63,963 nt of DNA from Negaprion brevirostris (lineage: Eukaryota), in contig JARDVH010000073.1 in assembly GCA_030324005.1 (NCBI GenBank), positions 42,822,770 through 42,886,732 of the forward strand. The letters are read 5' to 3'. The notes below the pieces were generated by a model. That model was given only the letters and a program-made list of their open reading frames with translations, did no database searches and was not told the DNA's origin. Shown piece after piece: positions 38,411-51,855 of this stretch. The first letter of the stretch is position 1, and each line of letters opens with the position of its first letter. The position numbers and the translations under genes are program-made.

Positions 38411-40129
38411 AATGTCTTAGCAGTTGGGAACTGGCTTATTCTCCGAACTGGAGGTTAGGATGTTTGTCCGAGGCCAGTAGAATTTGTTTTTGTAAATGGA
38501 CAGTGTGTTCCAATGACGTAACGGGAATTTGACAGTAATTTTTACAAGGAAGTGCAATTGGGAAATGGCAAACCCAGTCTAACCCAGCACAGGACTGGAT
38601 CAGGGCCAGAACACGCCTGTAAAGATAAGTTTTTTTCATTTTTTTGGTACAGAAGTTGAAGTGCTCCTCTAGGATCCGTAAGGAAATTGTAAACATCCCC
38701 TCCTGCAATCAAACATCCGACTCCTGCCCGGCAGCTGATCCCACCCAGTCAGTGTGAATGCAGCTAGCATCCTGCACAGGGAGAATGTGTCCAGTGGTAG
38801 CGTCAGGAGGGAAAATGAACTGAGTCTCTAACATTGTAGCAGTGCTGAGTTTTGAACTGACACCAAACCTGCCATGCTGACCCCACCATCATCACCCATC
38901 ATAAATTAGCCCCCAGTTAAAATTGGGGCTCATGTGATAGGAGCAACATTGCCGCATTGCGAATAACTGTGGTCCTACATAAGATGAGTTTCGGCATTCT
39001 GAACTACACTTCTTTGCCATTGGTCCTCAGATCAAAGATCTGCAACTTTACACAAATTGGGCAACCCATTCAGCGAGACTTTGCAGATGGCTGTTCTTGG
39101 AATTGGAAAAGTCCTATGGTATTAAGAATGCTGCATTAAGACTTAAAATAATGCACGTTGTTGGATCACGTAATGGGGGTCATTGCTTTACATTTAATCA
39201 ATGCCCAAGCTGGGAGTTCTCTATATTGACATTGGATATAAACCCTATCTTTTTCTCTTTTCAGTATTGAGACATCTCCCATCTTTGAGAACACAAAATT
39301 CACTGGGCAGGAGGTGGGTGGAGGAGAATGAGACATATAGTAAATCATCAAATGAAGACAGAGTGGCTTTTATCTCTTGTAATTCTTTGTATTACAAGCA
39401 CAATGAAACTAATAATGGCCATCCCACGAATCCAAGTGACCTTGATTCCAAACTGAAACATACCCCCAAAGACTTAATGAGCCATAATTAGCAGTACAAG
39501 GAATCTAATGACATTGACCATTAGTTAGACATGTTCTTGCTCCTTTAATCATCATGATGTTTAATACTGCCAACTGCTTAACAACTCGCAGTGAGGGAAA
39601 CCAAGCATCCAGGATCTGGGTGAACAGAGAAAGCAACGAACCATCCATTTAACCAATCAAACTGAAATTAACAGCATATGGTCTGAATGAGGATTAGACT
39701 GGGTGAATACAAGACCAAATCAGTTACAAAAAGAGAGGGGGAAAGGAGGGGAGAAAGAAAATGTCAACAAAATATCAAATTTAACATTTCAGAAGTATCG
39801 CAACAACAGTTAAAATCTGTAAAGTGTGAGACTTTACAATTATCGTTTGATAATTCATTTCTTCAGGGGTTCATTGGCAGTGATTGACACTTAGCACAAC
39901 ATTAAAAGAATCACTGACAGCTAATCAAGTTTCAATAAAATACGCACAGATTTTAAATGGCTCCAAATCATGCTCCTTTCTTCAATTCAGAACAGCTCCA
40001 ACTTGCAGTAGTGAATTTAATTCAGATCCACCACACTTGCAAGAAATAATTTCACTCTAATCGCCACACTTAAATAGTGAGGCAGACAGCAGGATCCTGT
40101 TTCCATGAAGCTCACGGTTCATCTTGGAT

Positions 40130-40485
40130 TTGATGTGTGGATTAGGTTGATTGGCCATGCAAAATTGAGCCAAGTGTCAGGGGGATTAGCAGGGTAGGTA
40201 TGTGGTGTTATGGGACTAGGGGCGGGGNNNNNNNNNNNNNNNNNNNNNNNNNNNNNNNNNNNNNNNNNNNNNNNNNNNNNNNNNNNNNNNNNNNNNNNNN
40301 NNNNNNNNNNNNNNNNNNNNNNNNNNNGTGGATTAGGTTGATTGGCCATGCAAAATTGATCCAAGTGTCAGGGGGATTAGCAGGGTAGGTATGTGGTGTT
40401 ATGGGAATAGGGTCTGGGTGTGATTGTGGTTGGTGCAGAGTCAATGGGCTCAATGGCATCCTTCTGTACTGTAAGGATTCTATGA
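40130..40485 (+). mobile_element. SINE 3' half (tail A), duplicated across an assembly gap
   Basis: gtggattaggttgattggccatgcaaaattga...ggtgttatggga occurs on both sides of the 100-N gap. Confidence 0.75.
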
Positions 40486-41774
40486 CTTCAGCAATTGGAC
40501 TTCCACATTTAATAGCCTGCTCTCTTCTGAAGTTGCTGTGGTATTTGTGCATTAACATTGCTACCCACTATTTGTCTTCAGACTTCTATCTGTTTTTCTT
40601 TATTCATTGCCTTTATTGAAATATTGGCAAGATTTTAACACTCAAGTAGAGTGGGAATGGGTGGGAAAATTGATATTTATTTTGATTGAGAATGCAACCT
40701 TGTTCCCACATGTCGACCCCCGAATTGAACACAGTTGTATTTGCATGATAGAGAAATCTACTGGCTGAAATTAGAGGTTTAATTGTTGTAAGTGGGATTG
40801 TACTTGTCACAATTAACATCCTTCGGGGCTGTAAATGAGGTCTTTGCAAATCATTTCTAACTTTGCTCCAAATGTAATTTGAGCTGCATGGGCTTCCCAG
40901 GGCTCAGGGCATTGACCAGGGGAACAGAAGTCTGTCTGAACAGGCGTTCAGTTGGATATTTAACCTTGTTATTGACCCATTTCAATAAATGTATCACAGC
41001 TGCTAACTTTTGGCAAATGTCTGGTTGAGAGAGCTTGTGTGGACACAGATTTATTCATTCTTGGAGGCTTTGAATTGATGGAGTTAGGGTGAGGTCAGCA
41101 GGGGGTTGGATATGCTTGACAGCACATCGGGAGAGGAAGACGTCCACCATTCGTGGCAGTGATGCTGTTTATCAGCCCATGAACCATGGAGAGGTACAGA
41201 GGAGGGAGATACTTGTAAGGTGGGGTGGCAGTAGGGCTAAGGTAGCAGGTGGACCTATACCCAGCACTGAAGTTACAGACAGAAATTCAACTTCTGTGAT
41301 CTCCCATTAAACTACAGTTCTAACTCAGGAGATTCAATCTCCTGGGAAAACCTGCTGGTGATCCATTATCAATGGTTATAAACATGATCATTATCCTTAA
41401 CTTTTTTTCTCTTGACCCTGCCTGGGGACGACCAGTGAAATATCCAGGATTTCCCTGTACATAAATGCATAAGGCAGGTTACTGACAATTTGTTTTCCGG
41501 GACTGATAACTGAGCAAAGTTTCCTTGTGATGACAGAGAGTAGCTGTATTTATAGCTGGCTCAGCTTCATTCAGGGGGCCATTCACTGCCCACATTTGGC
41601 TCCACCAGCAAGGTCACAGCTACCAGGAGCATTATAAACCACAAAGGATATTCATTCATTCATATATTCACCTTTTGTTAAAAAAAGAAACAAATTCCTG
41701 GGGTCAGCTCCCTCCACCACGATCAACCCTCACCATTCCATCACCCTTTGCACTAAATAGTCCTTCAAACACAT

Positions 41775-42500
41775 CTCTCATCGTCATAGGTTACCCCTCA
41801 TTATAGAAGATGGCCATTTCTTGCAGGTGTATAGTCATCTGTTGTGCATTCTAATATGCTCATACCTGATTGCAAACTAGCTTGGCTCTCTTCTGTATGG
41901 GCAAGAATGAATTATCTGCTTTTGTTGGGGTTGTCCAGTCCTTCCAGTTTGCCTTTTGTCCTTAGCTGCCCTGTATTCATTGCTATTCCCAGAAACAAAG
42001 CTGCCACTTAAAATTGTTCCCCAGGTAGTTCTATCCTGTAATCTTTTTCTCTCGCCGTCCATAGTGAGAACATGTCACATTTTCTGGGGGTCACATTCCA
42101 GGAGTCCTTGAAGCTTGACCTTGGCCTACCTCACAGGTAGGCCAAGCTGACTATCTTAGATTAGCTGACTGTCTTAGGGATTTTATCAGTCATAGATACT
42201 TCATGTCTACTCTATCTGAGCTGTGTTCTGATTATGCGTTTTTCCATTCCAGACATTTTTTGAAGCACTTCATTATTAGGCAGGCTGTCCTCCCATTCAA
42301 TGCCCATGCTGTTCTAAATGCATTTCGTGTGTAACCTGTTGTACTGCTTAATATGGCCAGAGCCTGTAGTCCATATCTCACTGGTTTGTAGGAAGACAGA
42401 TATTACCAGTTTTATACACAGCAGGTTTTGTTGTAAGTTTGATATCTTGTTTCTTCCACAGTTTCTTGTGTAAACAGGCAAATTCTAGCTTGCTGTGGCA
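41775..42500 (-). mobile_element. Old RTE-like LINE 3' remnant
   Basis: The minus strand reads GRPRSSFKDSW and a decayed C-terminal C..(C)...H...H motif (HSCPY...EHIRMH). Confidence 0.4.
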
Positions 42501-42579
42501 ATTTTATTTGTCACCCTGCAGTCAACGTAAACATTTCTGGAGATTGTGCTTCTGAGATACATTACGTTATTTATAACCA

Positions 42580-42790
42580 ACAGGATGCTGGAGACCTGGA
42601 ATAAACCAGAAAAATTCAGCAGGTTGTGTAACACCAATGGAGAGAGAAGCAGAGTTAACACTGAATTCAATATGACTTCCTCAGAACTTTGAAGAAAAGT
42701 CATATTGGATTCAAAACTCTGTATCTCTCTCCACACATGCTGTCTGAACTGCTGAGATTTTCCAGCACTTACTGTTTTTATTTGTTTTTC
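42580..42790. mobile_element. Fold-back Penelope-like terminal element (family A)
   Basis: Inverted arms around aatatgacttcctcagaactttgaagaaaagtcatatt. Confidence 0.6.
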
Positions 42791-43439
42791 TATTTTGGCT
42801 TCTGTCCAAAGACCACTCATCCACTCATTGCACATCTGTCCAATGGTTTAACTCCTACTGGTAATCATCAGGAAACAAGCGAAAGAGCAAGTTGATAGTC
42901 AAGATGCAATAATGGACAAGGCATGGAAGTGGTGACCATCAATGAATTTTAGTGCTGTGAGGAACAAGTAGAAACATAACAATCTAACACTCTGACAAAC
43001 ATCTCTATGTATATTCTTGGTGAATTACAATCTCTTGACTTCACTCTTCCCTCCCACTGTTGCTATGGTGTATCCCATTTGGCATCAGTGTGGGCAGAGG
43101 CAGCCTGCTCAGATCCCTATCCATACTGCTCAGTGTTCTCTCGGTGGTGGAGCCCCTGCCTCGTGACTGTCCCAACTGTTTCTGTGCAGGGGCAGGTTCA
43201 GCCATCGGGGATGAGGCAACATAGTGGCACAGGGATAGGGATATGATTGAAGCACTTTGAATGCCATTCCCATTTCCAAGTCCTCTTTTGTCATTATCTT
43301 CATCTCCTGGGAAAGTGTTACTTCACTCTGCTGCAGACCAACTTAGAGGAGAGCAATGACACATTGTAAGGTGACAGATAATACCTGATTCCTGTTTAAG
43401 GTGGCAGACATGTTAAATTTCATAGCCTGTTATGGCTCC

Positions 43440-44500
43440 ATTCCTAGTTGTTATTGAAATGGTGGTAGAGAGTCACTTGAACCACTGCTGTCCATATGGA
43501 ACAACACCTATTCTTGAAAATGGATAGTATTCCATCACACTTCTGACTTGTGCCTTGTTCATAGTGGACAGGGTTTGGGGAATTAGGAGTGAGCTATTTG
43601 CTGCAGAATTCCTGGCCTCTGCCCTGCTCTCGTAATCACAGTATTTAGATGACTTGTCCAGTTCAGTTTCTGATTAACGATAAACTCTAGGATGTTGATA
43701 GTGGGGGATTCAGAAATCGTAGTGCTATTGAATGTCAAGAGGAAATGGTTAGATTCTCTCTTTTTGGAGATGATCTTTGCCTCAAAGTTGTATGATGTGA
43801 ATGTCAATTGTCATTTATCAGCCCAAGCCTGAATGTTGTCCAAATTTTGCTGCGTATCGTCACAGCTTACTGAGAAATTGTGAATGGTGATAAACATTGT
43901 GCAGTCATCAGCGATCATCCTCACTTATGCCTGTAGGTTGGAGGGAAGGTCATTGATGAAGCAGCTAAAGATGGCTGTGCCTAGGACACTATCCTGAGGA
44001 TCTCCAGCAATGATGTCCTGGGGCTGAGATGATTGGCTTCCAACAACCAATCCTTTATTGGTCTAGATATGACTCCAACCAGTGGAGTTTTTCCTCAATT
44101 CCCAGTGATGTCGATTATGTTTGGATTCATTCAGGCCACATACTGTCACCTCTGGAATTCAGCTCTTTTGTCCCTATTCAGAACAAGGCTATAATGAATG
44201 AAGTTGCCTTTGTGGATTCCACACTGAGCACCAGTAAGCAGTTCACTGCTGAGCAAACGCCACTCGATAAGCCTGTCAACAATACTTTCCATCACTTTGC
44301 TGGTGATCAAAAGTAGATTGATTGAGTAGAGATTGGTTGGGTAGGATTTGTCTTGCTTTTTGTGGATAGGACTCACTGGGGCAATTTTCCACATCCCCTT
44401 GGAACACAGCCAGGATGTTGTCAGAGCCTTCAGCCATTTCTCGATATCATATGCAGCAAATCAACATGGCTGTAGACTAGTCTTTATCATCTGGCATCTG
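43440..44500 (-). mobile_element. Decayed CR1/L2-group LINE (second family)
   Basis: WKIAPVSPIHKKQDKSYPTNLYSINLLLITSKVMESI; INILEFIVNQKLNWTSHLN...AGQRPGIL. Confidence 0.75.
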
Positions 44501-44939
44501 GGCATCTCAGTTTCTCATTCGCTCATTTAACTTTTCAGTTTCCTTCACCACCAACAAGCCTGGATACCTCTTTACGATTAATGTTGGGGCCATTGTTCCT
44601 GTTATTGAATAGTGATGGAAAATGATGTGAAAGCACTGTTTTATCTTGGATAGTTGATGTGTTTTGGCAGGGGTTTCCAAGTTTGTATCAATATTTGCAA
44701 AGAATTGTCAGGATTATGCCAGCATTTGAGACCTCCAAGAGTGTGAGTTTTGAACTTACTAGCAAAAATATTAGATTTTCAAGGGATCAAAATTTCCAAA
44801 AGGTTTCCTGTACGGCAAACAAGATTTATAAGGATTTGCCAGAACTGTGCCAACATTTGAAAGGGATTCCCAGGATAATGTAACCGTTTGCAAGTATTAT
44901 TCAGGAATGGTGTCAAGACTAATCTGAGCTGAGTTAGTT

Positions 44940-45360
44940 AGGATGATATTTACTGGAGTTTAGGAGAATGAGGGTGGATCTCATTGAAATCTATAAAATT
45001 CTAACAGGGCTAGACAGGGTAGATGTGGGAAACATGTTCCCGATGGTGGGAGTGTCTAGAACTAGGGGTCACAGTCTAAGGATACGGGGTAAATCTTTTA
45101 GAACTGAAATGAGGAGAAATTTCTTCATTCAGAGAGTGGTGAATCTGTGGAATTCAGTTCCACAGAAAGCAATTGAGGCCAAGACGCATGTTTTCAAGAA
45201 GGAATTAGATATAGCTATTGGGGCAAAAGGGATCAAAGGATGTGGGGGAAGGTGGGATGAGGATATTGAGTTGAATGATCAGCCATGATCATAATGAATA
45301 GTGGAGCCGGCTCAAAGGGCCGAAAGGCCTGCTCCTGTTCCTATTTTCTATGTTTCTGTG
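44940..45360 (+). mobile_element. CR1 LINE 3' fragment
   Basis: MRVDLIEIYKILTGLDRVD...RRNFFIQRVVNLWNSVP; tail ttctatgtttct. Confidence 0.9.
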
Positions 45361-45802
45361 TGTTGCTTTGAATATAACACCATTTACAATAAATTCCTCA
45401 AGGATATTAGAGAAGGTCCCTCAGGGAAACGTGTTGTACAGGAGTGCAGCAGATCCAAGAGGTATGGATAACATACACTTATTACTATAGTACAACACTG
45501 AACCTAAATCATCATTTCAACACTAAAAATGTGTGATACCATTATGTTGAAGTTTTGGTTCCTGTTGCCTTCATATGTTAGCTGTCACTTCTCAGTATTG
45601 TCGTTGGTACACAGTCTGTTTTACCTCCTGCTAAGGAATTAATTTTTCTTATAATAGCATTTACACCAAAATCTGTCAAAATAAGTAGAAGTGTCATGAC
45701 AAATATTTCCTAGTTTTTATTGGTATAAAATATCATACCGTTAATATTCCTTGTGTTGTTCACTGCATATAAAACTTCATTACTGCCATCACCCTCATAT
45801 GA

Positions 45803-46132
<330 letters not shown>

Positions 46133-46479
46133 TGAGTAAACACAGCTGTCATATTTTACTTCTGACACCCAGACCCCTTTCTGATCTCAATGCTATATTA
46201 GAAATTCTTACAGAACTGTGAAAGTGACATGTTGCATTCCGTAACTGCATAGCCTTTCCCTCTCTACTGACTTCCTTCAAGTACTTATTTGGAAAACAAT
46301 GGACAAATACACATCAGATATCGCAACCTAAATCTAGATGGAAATTGTCTCAAATAATCCTTTGACGAGACAGTATAATAAGTAGATGAATCATCCATTT
46401 TTCTTGAAAGGTGCAACTTTGAAACAGACAGTTTAGTATGCAACTGAATGTTTGGTAACCAGCTAATCACAGAAGTTGG

Positions 46480-48565
46480 GGAGAATATAGGCCCCTTAGA
46501 GAATGAGCTGGGAGATGGGGTGATGAATAATAATGGGAAATTGGGAAATGGCAGAGGAATTAAATAAATACTTCAGACCAGTCTTCAGGTAGGAGACACT
46601 GATATCAATTCAAAATTACTAAATAATCAAGGGGAAAAAGAGAGGGGAGAACATAAATTCTGTGGCTGGAATTTTACCCCCCGTCCGCCATGGGAATCGG
46701 AGAGGGTGAGGGGCAAGTAATGGGAAGATCCATTAATCCCAGTTTTGGGATGAGTGAGGCTATAAAATCCTGCTCTATAACTGTCTCCAGGGAAATAGTA
46801 CAAGTGAAGCTAATGGGACTAAAGGCTAATAATTCCCCTGGAACTGATGGGTAATAGCCTAGGCTATTAAAGGAAGATAGTTGATGTACTGGTAGTGATT
46901 TTCCAAGAATCCTTAAGTTCTGGAAAAGTCAAGGGAATTGGAATACTGCCAATGTAACATCCTGGTTCAAAATGGGATGGAGACAGGCCAGTAAGCTTAA
47001 CATCCATCATTGGGAAATGTCAGAGTCCATTATAAAGGATGTAATAGCAGAGCATTTAGAAATGCATCATACAAACAAGCAGAATCAGTATAGTTTCATG
47101 AAGGGGAAACTATGCCTGACAAATTTATTAGAATTCTTTGAGGTGGTAGTGAGAGCAGGATAGATAAAGAGGAATCAGTAGATGTAATGTAGTTGGATTT
47201 CCAAAGACCGTTCAATAAGCTACTGCACAAAAGGACACTTAATATGATAAGTGGCATGGTGGCTCAGTGGTTACTACTGCTGCCTCACAGTGCCAGGGAC
47301 CTGGGTTCGATACCCGACTTGGGTCACTGTCTGTGTGGAGTCTGCACATTCTCCCCATGTCTGCGTGGGTTTCCTACAGGTGCTCTGATTTTCTCCCACA
47401 GTCCAAAACATGTACTGGTTAGATGCATTGGCCATGCTAAATTCTCCCTCAGTATACCCAAACAGATGCTGGAGTGTGACAACTAGGGGATTTTCATAGT
47501 AACTTCATTGCAGCATTAATGTAAGCCTGCATGTGACACTGATAAATAAACTTAAACTTAAGAGCCCATGGTGTTTGGGGTAGTATATTAGCATGGATAG
47601 AGGATTGGCTGACTGATAGAAGACAGAGAGTTGGGATGAATTATAGAATTATAGAACCCTACAGTGCAGAAAGAGGCCCTTCGGCCCATCAAGTCTGCAC
47701 CGAACACAAACCCACCCATGCCCTATTCCCATATCCCGACATATTATACCCACCAATCCCTCCAACCCACACATCCCCAGACACCAAGGGGCATCTTCTT
47801 AGCATGACCAATCAACCCAATCCGGTGGGNNNNNNNNNNNNNNNNNNNNNNNNNNNNNNNNNNNNNNNNNNNNNNNNNNNNNNNNNNNNNNNNNNNNNNN
47901 NNNNNNNNNNNNNNNNNNNNNNNNNNNNNTATATTAATGACTTGGATGAGGGAAGAGAATATATTATTGCCAAGTTTGCAGATGACACAAAAATAGGTGG
48001 GAAGGCAAGTGGCAAGGATGACACAGAGTCTACAGAGGGATATAGACAGGTTAAGTGAGTGAGCAAAAACTTGGCAGGTGGAATATAATGCAGAAAGCAC
48101 TGTGCAGAGGGATTTGAGGGTTCTCATGTGTAAATCACAGAAAGCTAGCATGCAAGTTCAGCAGGTAATAGGGAAGGGAAATGAAATGTTGGCCTTTTTT
48201 TCAAAGGGAATTAAATATAAAAATAGGGAAGTCTTGCTAAAGCTACACAAGGCATTAGTTAGACCACACCTGGAATACTGTGAGTTGTTTTGATCCCCTT
48301 ATCTATCGAAATATCTATTGGCATTAGAGCAGTCCAGAGAAAGTACATAAGGTTGATCCCAAGTATGGGGGCACTTTTTTACAAAGAAAGGTTGGGTAGG
48401 TTGGGCCTGTACCAGAAGAGTCCAGAAGAATGAAAGGTGACCTTATGGAGACATATAGACTTCTCAGGGGGTTTGTTAGGGTACTGCGGAATGGGAAAGC
48501 CTAGGACCAGAATGTGTAATCTCAGAGCAGGGGTTGCCCATTTAACATAGAGATGAGGGAGGTGA
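46480..48565 (+). mobile_element. Decayed CR1 LINE with a nested MITE (~46662-46773), SINE tail B (47250-47560, +) and SINE tail A (47637-47829, -)
   Basis: Q..FMKGKLCLTNLLEFFE, DFQRPFNK, YINDLDEG...KFADDTKIGG, ALVRPHLEYC. Confidence 0.85.
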
Positions 48566-48779
48566 TGTTACCAGCCCTGGATTGGGCATGAGGCCTATTT
48601 TAATATTGAAGTTTGAATATAAATATTATTAGTGAGCCCGGGGCAGAATTGTCCAAGCTCAATTGCCTTCGCAGCCAGGTGGGGCAGCTAATGCGATCAA
48701 TAGGGTGCGATTAACAGGGGCGAGTATTGGGATGGTGGGGGGGTATCAGGGTGATATCAAGGGGTGTGGAGTGCCAGAT

Positions 48780-50820
48780 CTCCCTCTGTTCTGTTACACA
48801 CTGGAAATTCTCAATGAAAAGATCTTGACAGGATAAGATGCCAGAGGGAGGAGTTGGAGACAAATTACTGGAAACAAGTGGGAGGATCTGATGAGCAGGG
48901 GAAGGCCTGCTGGCCAAAGGAGTACGTGCAAAAATGAAGGCAATGGGAGGAGAGCTTGGTATCACGCCAAGCTCAAAGCACATTGAATAAGGGAATAAAA
49001 CTTTTCACAGTCAGAGGTGGAAGGTCAGAGGGCATTGCGAATACAAGGCAAAGGCTGAGATTTAAAACAGGGATAACATCAGGAGGAAATAATGGAGAAG
49101 AAGGATATAGAGAAGCATTGGTACCCATGAAAGAAAGATAGGAATTTTTGTTAAAATACTTGATGTGGCAAAGGATGAATTGAAACAACAGAGCAGGAAA
49201 GCTTTGAGATAAAGTGAGTGTGTGTTATAGAAGAGGGAGCTCAAGAGTGATTACATGGTACTCCGTGGCATCAAATGTGGATCTCAGAGTCCAACAGTTG
49301 TTCAAGGAATTCGGAACATCTGGGAGATATCTGTAATTGTGGGGTAGATCCAAAACACATTAGGTGGAATTTCAGTTTGGAATCCACATCTCAGAGCCTG
49401 AGACAGTCACTGAGGAAGGAGATGTGACTGTGAAAGCAAATTCTGGGAGATACATGAGCAAATACGAGTAGGAAAATAGAAAGCAATGAAGTTAAACAAG
49501 GTGAAAGAGGCAAAGCAAAATCTCATCAGAAAGAAGAACAGAACTTCTTCAAGATGGGCATTCCAGGAAGAATTAACAGTAATATAAAGGCAGAATATTG
49601 TGTATACTGGAAATCTGACATAAAGGTAGAAAATGCATGAAATATTCAGCCGATCAAGCAGCATCAGTGGGGATAAAAACAAAATGAATATTTCTAGTCA
49701 ATGACCTTTCGTCAGAACTGGGTAAAGATGTAGTGGGTTTTGAGCATGTGAAAGGGGGGAGGATGGGAAGAAGAACAAAAGTATAAGTCTGATAGGGTCA
49801 GAAAATGAAGGTCTGTGGCAGCATCTGTGGAGAGCGAAATAGATATGACCATACGAACCTGAAATGTTAACTCTGAGAGTCATACAGGCTCAAAAGGATA
49901 ACTCTGTTTCTCTCTCCACAGATGCTGCCAGACCTGCTGAGTTATTCCTGCATTTTTGTTTCAGATTTCCAGCATCTGGAGGAGTCTCGATCTAATAGAG
50001 AGGGAAGGTTAAATGATAAATGATTTCATGGTGCAAGGCCAAAGGGATTAGGGTAATAGAACAAACAACAAAACAAAAGATAGGCCTAGATGTGTGCGGA
50101 TGGCAGGATAGCTTCTCTCTGAACAGAATGAATAGGAAATAAGAGAGAAACAGGGGAGACAAAAAACAAACCAGCAAAGAAACACAAAACAAAATGGGCC
50201 AGAGGTTATGAACTAATGTTGTGGAATTCAATGCAGATGGCTGCAAAGTACCCTGTCAAAGCATGAGGTGCTGGTCCCTGAATTTAGATTGAGCTTCATT
50301 GGAACACTGTCGGAGACCAAGGGCAGAGAGGTCAGAATACCAGGAGATGGAGAATTGAAGTGACAGCTGACTGCAAACTCAGAGTCACATCTGCAGACTA
50401 AATGGCAATGTTCTGCAAAGCGGTGACCCAGTCTGCAATTGATCTCCTCAGTATAGAAGAGACCAAATCATGAGTAGTGAATACAGTATACTAATTTGGA
50501 GGAAATGCAAAGAAATCTCCTTCATTTGGAAGGCATGTTTGGGGCCTTGGTTGGTGAGAAGGGAGGAGATAAAAGAACAGGGGTGTGATCTTACTGCCCG
50601 CTCATGCCACATCCCCGTTGCAGTGGAGGTTTTGGCGACAACCTAAATCTCCATTCACTGCAGACGGATGGGAAAATCCTGCTGGAGTGAACAGTCGGAA
50701 AATTCCGGCCCAGGTGTTTTATCTGTTGTGTTTGCATGGGAACATGCCACGGGAAATGGAGGAAGTGTCAAGGGTAACTGAGAGTACATCAAGGAATTGC
50801 AGAGGGAACGGTCCCTTCAG
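48780..50820 (-). mobile_element. Penelope-like element in partial-tandem arrangement: GIY-YIG remnant, terminal repeat, then ORF 5' remnant
   Basis: Minus strand 50503-50395 reads SSKLVYCIHYS*FGLFYTEEINCRLGHRFAEH (GIY-YIG-like). The terminal repeat at 49590-49720 has CTGACGA...GAAA. 49440-49395 reads FHSHISFLSDCLRL, which I recall as a PLE ORF N-terminus (weaker support). Confidence 0.7.
50581..50710. mobile_element. Short MITE (Harbinger-like) nested in the Penelope-like element
   Basis: Termini gggtgtgatcttac / ggaaaattccggcc flanked by cag...cag. Confidence 0.6.
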
Positions 50821-51855
50821 AATGCATTTAATGCCCAGTATTTATTTATAAGAATATTTTCTTTAAAAAATAGATTCAGCATTAATCCTGGGTGCACCCT
50901 TTCATTAAACGGTATTTGCTTATGTAGCCCAAAATCAACCTGCCATTGTTCATGCAGAACAAAGTTAACATGATGACAGCTTCTTCCCTTTACACTCTCT
51001 CGCTCTCTGTACCCAACTTTCTCTGAAAGAAACGATTTCTCACAGAGATTTACTGCATTGCAGCCCAAAAGGAACACAGTTAAGGAGGGATATTACAGCC
51101 TGCTCCCTTTTGGATTAAATTAAGCTAGAGCTGCACATTTTAAATGAATGCAGACAACTTAAATAAACCTGCTTTCAATTATGCACATATGCTCCCAGTA
51201 AATAAAAGTAAAATATACATTACGCAAAGGAATTTGCAATTCATGCTACTGTAGTTACAACATGTCACCTTCACAAGAAGGCAAATAAGTGAAGTCGAGA
51301 GAGCCTAAGGGGAAAATCACACTCTCTGGTTGATATATTTCCTTCCCTTGACACGGCAGTGTACACTTTTAATTAGAAAACTATGAATTATGCAGGCCAA
51401 TAACATTTAAGTTGCAATTTTACAAAACTTTTATGGGATTCATAAAACTCAGAGTAAACTTACAGTGCAGCAATTTTTACTGTCTTATAAAGACATTTAC
51501 GACTGCAGAACATGATGCCTAAAATTTAATTTAAGAATGGAGCATACAGCTCAACTTCAAAGAGGAAAAAAGATCTCATATCTGAACAGCAAGTCAGAGA
51601 CAAGTTTTGCAATGTAAACTGACAGGTTGAGGCTCACAGTCTAAGTAGGTTCCTGCTCCCATATACAGTGATTAAAACTGCAGATCAGGCCTGGCATAGA
51701 ATCTGCCTTTAATGTGTACAATTTGTCAGCAAGCAACTGGAGTCAAAGGGCCAGATTTCTTTCTCCTAATGAGGTGTGAATCAGTTGGCAAAACATGTTT
51801 TGCAGAGGAAAAAAAGGCCTCCTGACATCACACCATTTTTGTGTGACCTTTCTCA

